DNA from: Tubulanus polymorphus
Lineage: Eukaryota > Animalia > Nemertea
Assembly: GCF_964204645.1 (NCBI RefSeq)
Contig: NC_134027.1
Location: 5,922,485-5,986,484 of the forward strand
Reading direction: 5' to 3'
Length of the DNA stretch: 64,000 nt
Both the position numbers and the translations under genes were made by a program. Every line of letters starts with the position of its first letter. Within the stretch, counting starts at the first letter, position 1. The notes under the pieces are model-generated. The model was given only the letters and a program-made list of their open reading frames with translations. It made no database searches and was not told the origin of the DNA. Below are positions 26,259-40,600 of this stretch, one piece after another.

Positions 26259-29200
26259 ATGGATCCTCGTAATTCCAGGTATTTTATTGTGTCGACACTA
26301 AAATGTGTTATGATTTTTGTATATCCAATTTTTTCCATGATTAAACCATACACTAGTAGAAAAGTGATTTTCGTATCTAGATGTTAGTTTTTGTGTTTGT
26401 AGTTTGGCTGCATGGGATCCAATGGCTGAAGATTATGAATCGAGAGAATTCAATTCGTATGACAGAGGTCCCGGTCGTGATCTGCCACGTCAGATTCATT
26501 CGTAAGTTAACTATTATTGTCACTGATGCTCCGCAGAGTGAAAGGGGATTCCATCCATCCTTCCATTGCGTTTTTACGACACACTCTTAGATGGAATTGG
26601 GGTTACCCTGGTTTTTCCATCCCGCCAGGGGAAATCCATCCTCCCCTGGCAGGGATTCGAACCTGATGGCATCGAGACTGCCACGGTACGATACCCTGCC
26701 ACACGAGACCGAGTGCGCAGCTACATGCGCAGCTTTGATGTCATTATTAGCCAATCAGATATCCTGTTTCATTTTAGCCGAGGTTTTTCCATTTATAGTT
26801 CTTCCGTGAAATTTACCTCAGCGATTATACAACGAGCAATCTGATTGGCGCTGCAAGTTTTCATGCGACAAAGCTGCACATGTACCTGCGCACTCGGTCT
26901 ACTGTGGCAGGGGTTCGTGCCATGTCTGAGTGTAGCCATGCCATCCGGTTCGAATCCCTGTCGAGGGAGGATGGGGAATTCATTTTATTGAATTGATAAA
27001 CAATTTGTCATCTATTCATATTGGTACCTACGAGTTTCAAGGTCATCGGTTTCTGCATATTTTCATTGGGGGCATTGAAGATTGAAATTGTCAAGCATCA
27101 CAAAGTGGACATCGTGTCCCTGGATATCCCTATATTTATGCCGTAGCTACAGGGGATACTAGGCCTTTTGCATTTTAAAGTGTAGAAGTTATTTGATTCT
27201 TGTCTTGTCTTAAACAGGGACAGCAATAGTACGTTAATCCATATTCTTAATTCTTTAGAGTTGGTCAAGAAAATCCAACATTACGAAATGGTGAGATTAA
27301 GCTGTTTATTGGCAATGTACCCGATGAACTTGCTGAAGATGGTATGCGAAATTTATTTGGTAAATTTGGAAGAGTGACAAGCTGTTTTATTACAAAAGGC
27401 AAAGACTCGAGAAAGATTGGGTAAGACTGAATCAAATTTTGAGAACCACTAGTTGGTATTGATTAAATGTGTATTGCTTGGCAGTTCCCCTTTTACTCAT
27501 GACAAATTATAGCTCTATTGCCTGGCAGAAAATTCTACAGTGTCTGACATTATTTAATGTGTAGGTTTCTGACTTATGGAACGTTAGTGGAAGCAGAAAA
27601 AGCGATCGTCGGATTAAACGGTAAAGTGATCAGAGACTTCAAATTATCTGTGAAAGTTGCCTACAGTCCTGAAGAACGTGAAAGACGCCGTAAGAAGGCC
27701 GAGGTCAGGAACTAATTTATCATTTACTGGCCATCGCTTATATTTGGAGCAAAGCCATTGCGTTCACATTCACTTGGTATTTAGGTTTCTGTATGTTTAC
27801 TAGGGGATATTGAATTATGAATGTTTGATCAATTGTGGCCCTGCAGCCTTCTGATCCCCCGTGCCTTGTGACTGATGATTTAAATCGCCCTAGTACCTAC
27901 CTCATCATGAACATTTTTCACTCTATTTTGTACACAGGACGAGAAAAGGTTCAGGGAAGGGTTGTATTGCACAAAATCAGGTGTGGATAATATGAATGAT
28001 TTGAAAGCCGACCTTTCGGATGACGCAGGCAGTGCTAAAGAAAATTTGATTCCATTTGTAAGTTGGCAATTATTGAGAGCTCAATAATTGATTCTTGATT
28101 ATTCATCCGTTGAACTTTCAATTCTTTTTATTTTTAGAATTCTGGTATTCGAACAAACACAAATTATTCTAACTCTGTTCCAAGAAACAGGTACTACAGT
28201 ATTTATAATTATATTTCGATTTGTAGAGATCAATTTTCCCAGATATTTTTGGCAGGCCTTGTTTAAAAAGTAGCTAAGAATCCAGTGAACAATGTATTTA
28301 AAAAGAGATTTGTCCAATATTGAATTCTTGAAGTGACAAATATTACTTCTGATCCAGTTAGGTTTTCAATGGCACCTATTCAACTTAATAATCAAAGGCT
28401 CTTAATTTAATTTTCAAGGTACGGTTCTTCAAATTCTAACCTGACAGTAACCCTTAACACCAAGCCAAAACCAGAAACTACCTCACCGCGTCAAGTCGGC
28501 ATAGGACAAGGATTCGGAAATGTAGCTATCGGACGAGGTATCTCGCCATTCCAACAACCTGGACCATGTATTAACAGAAGGCTACTGGATCGTTCGATGC
28601 AAAATAAAAGTGAGTTTTTAATGGTTGATGGAGCTTGATTAATTAAGGATGGTGTCAAGAGACCGTATGTGTTATATTAGTAGACGCCTAATGCATAAAA
28701 ATAGTAGATTTTATATCTTATTAACCTACCGACGGTCAAATGACATTACTTATTGTCTCCACGACACTGTCCTCAGTTTCAGTTCACACATGATGCGTAA
28801 TGAAAACTAAGCAATTTAGGTCATGAGTGTGCAGTAGCATTTCACATAGGACCTGATACTTGTCACCTACAGAGATAGAAAATCATATGATATATATTGT
28901 ATGATACATGACTGTAGGCGAAAAAACGTAACCGCTTACTGGTTTAGGCGTGGAATGAACGGAAATGAAGTGAAAAGAATTACCGAGTAGACCAGAGCGA
29001 TACCGGACTAGGCAAAATTATTATTATCATTATTATTATTATTATTATTATTAGGCCAGCCGTAGGCTGAGCCTATTACTATACAAATGGAGCGAATTTA
29101 AATGACATGGTTTCCACACAAAAGGCTCTTTTGCTTGCCAAGTGAGGGCATATTCGAACAAATCACGTATTTAAGCGTAATCCATCCTCGGAATCGTAGC

Positions 29201-31665
29201 GAGCAGAATTTTGAAATAGGGTCTCATAAAAATGTTTTCTGCATTTTTCACGAAAGTTAAATCGGGAAAATTTCAATTTTTATCAGCCAATCAGGAAGTT
29301 GTGTCTTCCCTGTGATTGGTTTATCTGAAAATATCAGCAGCTGTTCACGTGAATTATCGCGATTTCATTACTGGCGCTTTTGCGCATGACGTCATGTATC
29401 AACACGCGACAATACTTCCGCGTTCGCTACGTGTTCGCTGATTGGCCCATTTACTGGGAAATTCCACAGAAGCCTAATGTGGTTTGTAACAAGCGCTGTG
29501 ATTGGCCCGACCCGATTCTGGCATGGCTTTAGCTTAGTGGGTTCGAATCCCTTGACGCGTGAAGATGATGGATCCTATCAATATCTATTGAAACAAATAA
29601 GTTTCCCGGTTGGGCAGCCGCGGATATCTACCGGAAGTGTTCCGGTTCGATATTTCGAGGTTTCTTTGAATTTTGGAGTGATATTGAAATCCGGTAAATA
29701 CCAGCGGTAGATTGTGAAAACCCATTGCATGATATTTGTATTACTTAATCCACAAAAAGCGTCGGGGCCGCGCCAGGAGTTTTCGTGATTCAAGTAGCGC
29801 AATAGCCTACTTCTTCGTGTTCGTCCACCTCAATTTTCATTCCGCCGATCTCTGACACGGCTCTGTCCCCGTCGGCGCTGTGATTGCACTTTCGTACCAC
29901 CAAAATTTTTTATTTCTATATCAGGGAGGTCTGGAGAATAAAAAAGTCAAAATTTGGATATCACATAGGCCTGATTTCATCGAATAAGTCGACCATGGTC
30001 GTTACGTTTCCGTACTTATTACCACCTAAAACCGTCTGAACAATTTTGTCACAACCAACATTTCGTTTACAGAAATCAGGTTTTCACGTGAACCCGCGGT
30101 ATCGTCTACTGTTTTACTTCCGGGTTTTATTTTAAGATTTAAAATTGTATTTCAAGATCGATTTCTATGAAATCTTTAGTTGATTTGGTGTTTGGGAGGA
30201 ATTTTTATTTGCTCTACAGAAAATTCATCCTTGACAATTGCGCAAGGTTCGCGAAAAAAATGGTTTTACCAAATCGGGTGTATGACCTTGATATGCTAAT
30301 TAGCCATGTGCCCATATTGCAAATTCAATCAAATTTTATTCTGCCAAAAAAATGTTAAATACAATTCGCTTTCCGAGAGTTAATGGTATGCTGCATGGAG
30401 CAAAGTTGTTTTGAGATGGGTCTTGAAGCTATTGAGGTCGAGAGATAACCATCTAGATAGTTCGTGAGAGTTCCAAAGTTTTGAAGAGGCTTCAAGGTAA
30501 TGTCTTGATATTTGGTTTATACGTGTATCTACCCTAGACACATCTTCAGGCCAAAAACTGGCCCTGTCAGATTCAAGATGGCCGACTGGCAGCCATTGTT
30601 GTTCGCCAAAATCAGCACTTTTTACACATTTTTGAAGTTTTCGAGGGAAATTTTGAAGACACTTTTATCAATAACCTTGATAATTCGTATATATTTGTTT
30701 CCCCCGTGGGCCCATCGGCATGAGAAAAATTGGGTCGATCGGACTCAAGATGGCTGTACTGTGACCTTTTTTGTTCCCAAAAATGTCAATTTTGGCCTGA
30801 ATTCTGAGTACTGTAGCTTTCTAATGGTGTGCCATGTTTCATTGCAATTTGTAATGGGTATTCTTTGGAAAGGGATCTTTATATCCGAGAGGGTATTTTT
30901 GACCAGGCAATTACGACGCACTTGGCGGCCATCTTGGAGTCATCAGTACTCATTCGTAGGTGGAAAAAAGTTTTTCCACAGCATATTTGATACTTAAGCA
31001 TATTTTGCTACTATAATCAATTGGAAAGTTGTAGCTCATGACGTTCTATGATCGAGGTGAGTTTCAAGCTCATTGGTTTTTGTTTATGGCCACCAGGGGG
31101 CGTTGAACAATACAATAACTTAGTATTTCTATATTACATTCGTACCTATGCATATTTTGCTACCACAATCAATTGGAAAGTTGTAGCTCATGACATGGTC
31201 TATGATGAGTTTCAAGTGGTGAGTTATGGTGAGTTTCAAGCTCATTGGTTTTTGTATATGGCCACCAGGGGGCGTTGAACAATACAATAACTTCGTATTT
31301 CTATATTACATTCGTTCCTGCTGTCTGTGTTAACACACGATTTTACTATGTAAATGATATTGAGCAGGGAGTGTATATTGATAAATATAACCAACAGATT
31401 ACATCATTTATAAAAAGCAAATCTGACAGGCTGGCCATTGTGCCCCTTGGGGCTCTTGTTACTATTATTATTATTATCATTATGAGTATCTTTACCTAAA
31501 TTACTGAAATATTAATGGTTATAGTAAATTGTCGTAATTATGATTATCATTGTATTTGTATTTGTATAAGTTATTGTTGTCATCATTATTAGAATTGTTA
31601 TTATTATTATTAGTATTAGTATTATTATTATTATTGATTAGCATTACATGTATTATTATTGTTAG

Positions 31666-31699
<34 letters not shown>

Positions 31700-34600
31700 G
31701 ATTAGCATAATTATTATTGTTAGCATTAAGATTATTAATAGCATTATTTATAAGTATCACTGCACATTCCCCTGCACTCTGCACAAGGTTCCAGCGCCTT
31801 AATTTTATGTACAGCCTGTTGGCTTGCACTGGACACCTTGAACCGGTTTACGAAAATAAATTATTATTAAATGTATTAAGAAACTGTAGCAACAGTATTG
31901 AACAGATTACTGGATAGAAATAGCCGGTTAAGGCCAAGTCTCCTGATGTCACATGTTACGATTATCGTTCAAGCTAATGTTTCGATCGCATCTTGATATT
32001 TCTTCAACTCAACTGTTCAAAGGATTTATGGAAATCATTATTTTCATGGTGACTTGTTATGACATTTTATTTCTATTTATTTCAGGGCCTGCTAGTTCAA
32101 GTCAAATATCAGTCGATGGCAATAGTACAGGCTCACTGTGTCATAAGTGTGGAGAGATAGGTAAAATCTTCCTGCTGTTTTTCTTGCGATAGGAAATTGA
32201 GAGGCAATTTTCAACATTCACCTGTTTTCCGAGGTTCAAAAAATTTCTCATAGCTTTCTATGTCCGTATATTGGTTGTAGGCACGAAGAAATGTAAACGT
32301 TGTAAGACTCCATACTGTAGTCCCGTATGTCAAACTGCTGATTGGCCTAGTCACAAATCAGAATGTCAACTCATCAAGTAGGTTCTTATTTCAATATTTA
32401 TTGGTGACATATTTTTAGTGTATGTTATTAATTTATATTACTTATTACTTCCTTAAATTTAACAGAAATAATAATGAGTTTGCTGAGAACTTTGCGCAAC
32501 GATTTGACATAACAGCGGATGAAAGTATACTATCTGTAAGCTGGACTTTTTAGCCTAATCTATTGTGATATTCGATTCATGCTTTCATATCATATTATCA
32601 ACATCATTTTGTGCAAATCTTTGTTGTAGAGTTTCGGGCTTCCGGTTGAATCACCGGGCCCAAAGATCTCGGGTAATCGGTGTGAGCAATCAACAGCAAC
32701 TAATAAGGTGTGACCATCAGAATTTTGGGGGCTGTCACTTGTCATTGATTTCATTGTTATCTTAGATAGGTAAACAATAAGATTCGGTATTTGTTTTTTA
32801 GGGTCGAATAATGGCATCAAAATTAACGAAATCAACAATGCTGAATGATTTTCAATCTCGAGTGGTCGGCTTTGATAATGTGAGACGGTTTTATCTGAGT
32901 ACTCCAGAGCAGTGTGAGAAATTAGATAGATTAACTCGAGAAATGAATGAGGTGAGATTTATTTCTACTTGAATGAAAATAATTGGGTATTTGGTCAAGG
33001 TTCAATCATTGTGGTCCTTGAAAGTCATTGAAATTGTTCGTGGAAAATATGTACCCTGTAATGTATGGCTCTTGGCGATGTTGATGTCAAGGTTTGACAC
33101 GAGCCATATAACAAACATGGGAATATTCTTGAGAAGCATAATCTGTACTGCAATATGCAACATTTCATGTCCTGTTTGACCATCTGACATCTCCTTGAAT
33201 GATAAATTACAGTCATCTTCAATTCATAGGCTTATCGTGGTTCAAAAAAATTAGTCGGAGCTGGCATCTATGTTCCTGAGAGTAAAGAATTGGTTGCTGC
33301 ATCTTACTGCAACGTTTGGTTGCGTGCAGAGGTTATCCGTGTAAATCTAAATGGCACTTTCTCTGTTCGGTTTATTGATACTGGAAGAAAACACGAGTTA
33401 GCTGCTAAAGATATCATGCGTATGCAGCCTCAATTTACACATCTGCCGATTCTTGTAAGTTTTAATGGTCTTATTCTATTTGAATTAAATTGTTTCGGAA
33501 AATGATTGAAATGATTTATTCCATTTCAGACATTTACATGTGGTTTATCGGATGTACGTCCTGTCCTGGAAATGAATTCTCAAGTTGAGAAATTCCTCTT
33601 TAATCAAGAATTCATGTGTAATTTGTTGAGTGAACTATCCGAAATTTACGTCGTTAAGTTATCAGGACGGGATGGGACTGATGTGCGTTTACATTTGGAA
33701 AAAAATGGCATGGTATCTCATTCGAGCAATCGGGAAGAAAATAGGTAAGCTTTTTCTCTCAGATTCGATGCTCTTTGACCTGTGACCAGACTTGAAAGTG
33801 TCATTCGATACTTACGATGTCGATACTTACAATGAAAATTTTCTATAGAAAAAGTGGTGTTGCGAGTTCCCACCAGTACGACAGAAGACAGACCGGTCAG
33901 AACCAACACACGACGAACCTAAGAGAAAATCGTAGGAGCGCAGTGGCAGATAGTTCAAATCAAAATGAGCATTTTTCGGTTGGTTCTTCCATCAAACAAA
34001 GGGCTGTGAATGATCGAGTTGAAATGGCAATATTCGAGCGTAGAGATGTAGGTAATAATGGAACTCTAGGGGAGAAAAAAACTATGAAATACCTAACGGA
34101 ACGTATGCAAAGAGGAGAGGATGTCGTGTTGCTTGTTGTTTACATAAAAGGCAAACAGATATATGCACATTGGGATTGTGAGTATGTGAAAACAGAACTG
34201 GTACCTAAAGTTATCGGAAATATGCAGCAGAAGTATATAATGTCCCATCAAGCACCTGGAGCAAGGTAATCTATACTTTTCTAAGTGGATATTATGTTCC
34301 AAATTGACATCTTTTAAAGAATTTCTGATCAGAGTTTTGCAGAATACGCTAGAATTTTACTTTTAAGATTTCTGACTCAGGTTTCAGACAAATTAATCCG
34401 TGCCTGTTTGGCACGGGCCAAATTAAGCGCAACCAAAAGCGAACGCTGGACCTAATTTTAAAATGTGAAAGCTAAATTCTTTCTTGAAGTGACTCACTCG
34501 ACTCAACCTACCACAGCATCGTTTTATGTGCTCTTTGGTTACGAGTGTGTGAGGACACACGCTGATTAAGCACTGACCAACTTTGGTTGGGGCTGACTTT

Positions 34601-37600
34601 CCAAGTGTCAATTATGGACATAGATGTTGTCTCTGTACATGTATATGTGTGTGCCATATGGTCGGATGCACTGCACGCTAATTGTCGCGGATAAGCTTAC
34701 ATTTCTTTGTATATATTTTGTGGATTTAGGTAGTTAATTGACTGTGTTGTTGGGTTTTAAGGTTTGCTGTTAGTGATTTGGTGGCTGCTAAATCATCTGA
34801 TGGTACTTGGTATCGAGGACAAGTAAAAGCAATCAATAACAATCAGTTTGTTGTGGAATTTATTGATTTTGGAAATTCTGAACTGATTTCCGGTGAACAA
34901 ATCAGACCATTGGATGATGAAGACACAAGTCTCCCCATAATGGCTGTACTTGTTGAAGTGAAAGGATTGAAAGATGGAGCTAATTTAGAATCTCTTAATG
35001 ATCAAACGCTTGTTGGAAAATTGCATGAAAAGCGAAACGATTGTGTTATATTTGATGATTTGATGATTGTCGAGTCAAAACGAACAGTCAAACAGCAATT
35101 TGGAGTAGCACCAGCGGCTGTGAAAGAATTCAAGACTTGCGTTGCTGATTTGATGCTTGGATCTGAAATAACATTAGTCGTAGCTCATATTGAAGATCAA
35201 AAGATTTATGCACAATTGCCAACTAGTGACAATATTGCACGATATTCAATAATTCAAGAAAACTTGAATAAACTAAATGACCTCCCCTCATCGAATCAGG
35301 ACAGGTAATATCTTATTTGTTGTGTTCATTTCTTTACACTAAATGTGCTTGCTTGGTTCATAGTTTGTATCTATTTTGTTAATGCTATGTAAAGCTTTTC
35401 ATGTGCCTGAATTTTCCCTTTGTAACCAATGCCTTATAGGTATACTGTTGGAGATTTGGTGGCCGCTAAATCGTCAGACGGGTCTTGGTATCGAGGACAA
35501 GTAAAAGCGGTCAATAAGAATGCGCTTATCGTGGAATTTGTTGATTTTGGAAATTCTGAACAGGTTTCTTGTGAACTGGTCAGACCTTTGGATGCTGAAG
35601 ATGCAAGTGTCCCTAAAATGGCAGTACTTGTTGAAGTGAAAGGTTTGAAAGATGGAGCTAATTTAGCGTCTCTAAACAATCAAAAACTGTTCGGGAAATT
35701 ACTTGAAAAGCGTGATAATTGTATGATATTTGATGATTTGATGATTGAAGACTCAAATAGAACAGTCAAACAGCAATTTGGAGCAGCAGCACTGCCAGCA
35801 GTGAAATCGTCCCCTCCTATACCACTGACAGTTGTCAAGAAAGAATTCATGAGTTTTGTTGATGATATGGAACTTGGATCAGAATTAACCGTAGTTGTAG
35901 TCTATGTTGAAGGACAGAAGATGTTTGCTCAGTATTTTGAGGAAAATGTTGTTTATCAGTATATGATGCTTCAAGAATCTCTTATTCAGTTTGAAACTAC
36001 CCCTCCCCCAGCTACTCATATCAGGTATATTCTCTATTGCATGGTTTATCTTCGCATTTTTTTTCCTGGGGTTATCTTACAAAAAATATCTTTATTGAAC
36101 GTAGTGTACTTAGAACAGTCCATAAAGGTGGACACATAGAGTCCTCAAACTGAGACTTGTGTAGAATCTCCTGTGCGGTATATACGGTAGATTCAAACTT
36201 GAACAACGAATCTTGTGGGCAACAGTGAAATCACATTACAAAATGGATTTCAAATATTGCTGAGTTGCATTAGCAAGGTTCGATTATAGATGATTGATTA
36301 TGCAGTTCCTTGCTGCAGGGTGCACAGTTTGCTCTAAGTGGACCAGCAATCATAAATCATGCCATATATATATATAATCAGATTAATTTATTAGAATAAA
36401 GATATTTTTACAGGATAAGCCCGAAGTTGAGCATTCAATTCTTTGTGTATCATACACTACGTTCATAATATCGGGGATGTGGATTTTCTGCTTTGTGGCA
36501 GTTCCAGCTTTTTCGAAAGTCCTGCATTATGCTCCCTGGTTCTCATCCTTGAATATTTTTGTGAAATATTTTCCTAATCCTCAAAAAGATATGTACATGT
36601 ACCGTAACTGACTTCTTCTGAATTTTAAGGTTTACTGTTGGAGATTTGGTAGCTGCTAAATCATCAGATGGTGTTTGGTATCGCGGCCAAGTAAAGGCAG
36701 TTGATAATAATCAATTTGTTGTGGAATTTATTGATTTTGGAAATTCTGAACTGATTTCTCGTGAACTGATCAGACCTTTGGATGATGAAGATGCAAGTTT
36801 CCCAAAACTGGCTGTACTTGTTGAAGTGAAAGGTCTGAAAGCTGGAGCTAATTTAGATTGTCTTAAAGATCAAACGCTGGTCGGGAAATTACTTGAAAAG
36901 CGAGACAATTGTGTTATATTTGATGATTTGACAATTGCCGAGTCAAATAGAACGGTCAAACAGCAATTTGGAGTAGCGCTGAAACCGTCCTCCCCTATAC
37001 CAGTGACAGTTGTCAAAAAAGAATTCAAGAGTTTGGTCGATGATATGGAACCTGGATCAGAATTAAACGTAGTTGTAGTCTATGTCGAAGGACAGAAGAT
37101 TTTTGCTCAGTGGATTCAGGAAAACGTTGTTCATCAATATATGAAGCTTCAAGAATCTCTATATCAGTTTGAGTCTACTCCTCCGTCGGCTAATCACATC
37201 AGGTACATTTTTCATTGCATGGGAAAGTCATATAATTCCAATCTATGAATAGGAAATTAATGGCATTCTTCAAAGCTCCTGTTATGTGTATATTTCATAT
37301 TCATAAGCTGAGGTGTTGTAGAATACTGCAGCATATTTCAAATGTTAGGAATATTTGAAGTGCCGGGCACTTAGCTGGCAGTTTGTTTCTTGATAGTACA
37401 GATTTTCCTTGGGGATTATCCCATGAAAATTCCCTATGCAACCTAGTACACTTAATAAAGAATCAAACCCTGTTATTACAAATCTTGTGGCAACAGTGAA
37501 ATCATCTCATTATGATGAATATCAAATAATGCCAAATCAATTGTATAAACAAGGTTCGAGTATAGCATGGTTATGCAGTCGCTCACTGAGTAATTCATTG

Positions 37601-40600
37601 CTTTGCTCTTAGTGGACCAGGAACCCCCAATCATGCAATAATTTCAAATAAGAATATTTTAACAGGATAACACCTGAGTAAGGTAATAATACGCTCATTG
37701 TTATCATGACATGATATACTTTACTTTTTTACCAAGTACATGTACCATAACTGATTTTATTTGAATTTTAAGGTTTACTGTTGGAGATTTGGTTGCTGCT
37801 AAATCATCAGATGGTGGTTGGTATCGAGGACAAGTAAAAGCCGTTGATAACAATCAGTTTGTCATAGAATTTGTTGATTTTGGAAATTCTGAACAGATTT
37901 CTCGTGACCTGATCAGACCTTTGGATGATGAAGATGCAAGTCTCCCTAAAATGGCTGTACTCATTGAAGTGAAAGGTTTGACAGGTGGAGCTAATTTAGA
38001 TTGTCTTAAAGATCAAACACTGGTCGGGAAATTACTTGAAAAGCGAGACAATTGTGTTATATTTGATGATTTGACAATCGCCGAGTCAAATAGAACGGTC
38101 AAACAGCAATTTGGAGCAGCGCCAGCATCTGTGAAATCGTACCCTCCTCTACCACTGACAGTTGTCAAGAAAGAATTCAAGAGTTTTGTTGACGATATGG
38201 AACTTGGATCAGAATTAACCGTAGTTGTTGCGTATATTGAAGGACAAAAGATTTTTGCTCAGTACTATGAGAACAACATTGTTACTCAATATATAAAGCT
38301 TCGGGAATCTCTTGCGCAGTTTGAAACTACCCCTCCACCAGCTAATCACATCAGGTATATTCTCATTGCATTCTTTCTCTTGACTCTTACACTCTCCTTT
38401 CGCTGTGGTTTGCACTGGATGATATGTAAGTCTTCATTAAGTATTTTTCTAATTATAATGATATGGTACACTAACCATGATGGTTTCTTTTGAATTTTTA
38501 GGTTTACTGTTGGAGATTTAGTGGCTGCTAAATCATCAGATGGTGCTTGGTGTCGAGGACAAGTAAAAGAAATCGGTAACAATCAGTTTGTTGTGGAGTT
38601 TGTTGATTTTGGAAATTCTGAACAGGTTTCTTGTGAACTGATCAGACCTTTGGATGATGAAGACGCAAGTCTCCCCAAAATGGCTGTACTTGTTGAAGTA
38701 AAAGGTCTGAAAGATGGAGTTCATTTAGAATGTCTTAACGAACAAGTACTCATCGGAACATTACTTGAAAAACGAGACAATTGTGTTATATTTGATGATT
38801 TGGCCATTTCACAACAAGAGCTCACTGTCAAACAGTTAGTTGAAAACATTCCTGTGGTTGAAAGTCCACCAGTAGCGGAATCATCGACTAATAAGAGGTA
38901 ATTTATCATTTACTGTTTTGTTCATTTTGACATGCAGTTGACATTTTTCATTCCATCAGGTGTTGTGTTGTGTAAGCAATGTATCTATTTTTCCAGTATA
39001 GTGTTAAATATCCACTCAAAAATCCATTTTAGATGAATGTACTCGCAGCTTGATCCCCCAAATGCTAATCTACTCGCTGAGTAACACTAACATCCAATAC
39101 ATCATTTACCGTAGGTCAAAATTGAAGTATTATTGTGATGAACTTGAAATAGGTGATAAAATCGAAGGTGTGCTTTTGTCATTTGTAAATCCTGATGACT
39201 TCTACGTGTTCAATGTCAACGCACAGTTTTTAAAGGAAATGGGAGAATATACTGAGGAACTCACTCAATACTGTAACCAATTAAAAACTGACCCTCAATT
39301 CAGGTAACATACACTTCATTCTACAAAGCCATAGTTAATTCTTGATAGATATCCAAATAGTTAATTCTTAATCACGTAGATATCCAAATACGTCAAAAGT
39401 TGCATCATGATGGTCATAAACAAAACACAATACAATAACTTTGACATCTGAAGTACCACATATAGACTTCAGTTGATTAAGAAAGGGGTAAATAGGTAAT
39501 ATTATTATTATCATTATATCTAGACCTAGTGTAGGGACACTTGTAGCAGCTCGTGACGTGGGATCAAATACTGATGACTGGTACAGAGTGGTTGTTCAGG
39601 AGATCACGAGAGACGGATTTGTGGTGTTTTTCATAGATTTCTGCTGGAAGAAACCGGTTCTGTTAGCTGATATACGCCCGCTTTCAGATAAGTTGCACGA
39701 TTCGAGGTGTTTCGCGATTCCTTGTCAGTTAGTAGGTGTTAAACCGAATAATGCTGAAAGTTGGGATGGTGTCAACTTTCTCGATGTAAACATAGCAGCC
39801 GAAAATGGACTTGATGTTACAGTAGCCGCTAGGCAACCTGATGGGCGATTACTAGTTGATTGTCCTGGGATGAAAAAGTTGATACTCGATCAAAAGTTGG
39901 CGATTTCGTGTGATCGAGGCAATGAACTGAAGGCACCCCCTTATGTTCGGTGTCAGGAGGGAAATAATGAGTCGGAAGGACAACATACTGGGTATGTGTG
40001 CATTCGGTAATCTACCACAACACTTCACCTGATGATGCTGAGCAGGATATTTGGTTTTTCAGACGTTATTTTTATATGATGCAGGGTGATTATTAGATGA
40101 TAATCATTATTAATGATTTTTTCAGGATACAACAGTATACAGAAGTTTATGCAGTATCTGGAGCTCATACGTTAGCAGCTGTTATATGGGTTGAATATCC
40201 ACCTTTATTTGGTCCGCATTATATTGTCATTCAACCTGAAAACAGTCAGCTGAATACCGAATTTGTGGAACAACAGAGAAAATTGTCAGAGATGTATGGC
40301 AACCTGCCACAAAATACTGAATATCAGTGAGTAATTTGTATTTTTTTCTAATTAGTCATGAAGTCTGTATAGTTTACTCTAGCTAACTAGTTTCATGCCT
40401 GGCAATAAATCCAGGATTTGGAAAAAATGTACTCTCAACGACCATCTTACTTATGATTACTGTTTATAAATTTCAGTCCAAATATCGGTGACTATGTGGC
40501 AGTTCAGTATGGACAGCTATCCGAAATCACTTGGAATCGCGGGGTCGTGAAAGAAATCACTGAAAATACAATGAATGTACATTTCATCGATTTTGGAAAT

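Larger units (their letters stand above)
28679..31946 (-). mobile_element. Older TIR MITE (same family as 41701-42339) split by nested insertions; own sequence ~28679-29013 and ~31870-31946
   Basis: ~28780-29013 is a diverged reverse complement of ~41850-42110 (agagcgataccggactaggc vs gcctagtccggtatcgctct). ~31870-31946 matches the reverse complement of 41701-41800. Confidence 0.65.

Noticed and set aside
29477-31499. ORFs within the Helentron-like element
   Set aside because: No Rep/helicase or transposase motifs; the element appears non-autonomous.
34391-34697. Intronic segment with ccgtgcc/ggcacgg hairpin, possible second HINE-like element
   Set aside because: Single hairpin and weak sub-terminal match; not enough to call.
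34762-38897. Regularly spaced repeats as a CRISPR-like array or as separate genes
   Set aside because: They are spliceable protein-coding exons in one reading frame.
40026-40070. cacctgatgatgctga...tcagacgtt as another hammerhead
   Set aside because: Has CUGAUGA but lacks the GAAA core; at best a decayed remnant.
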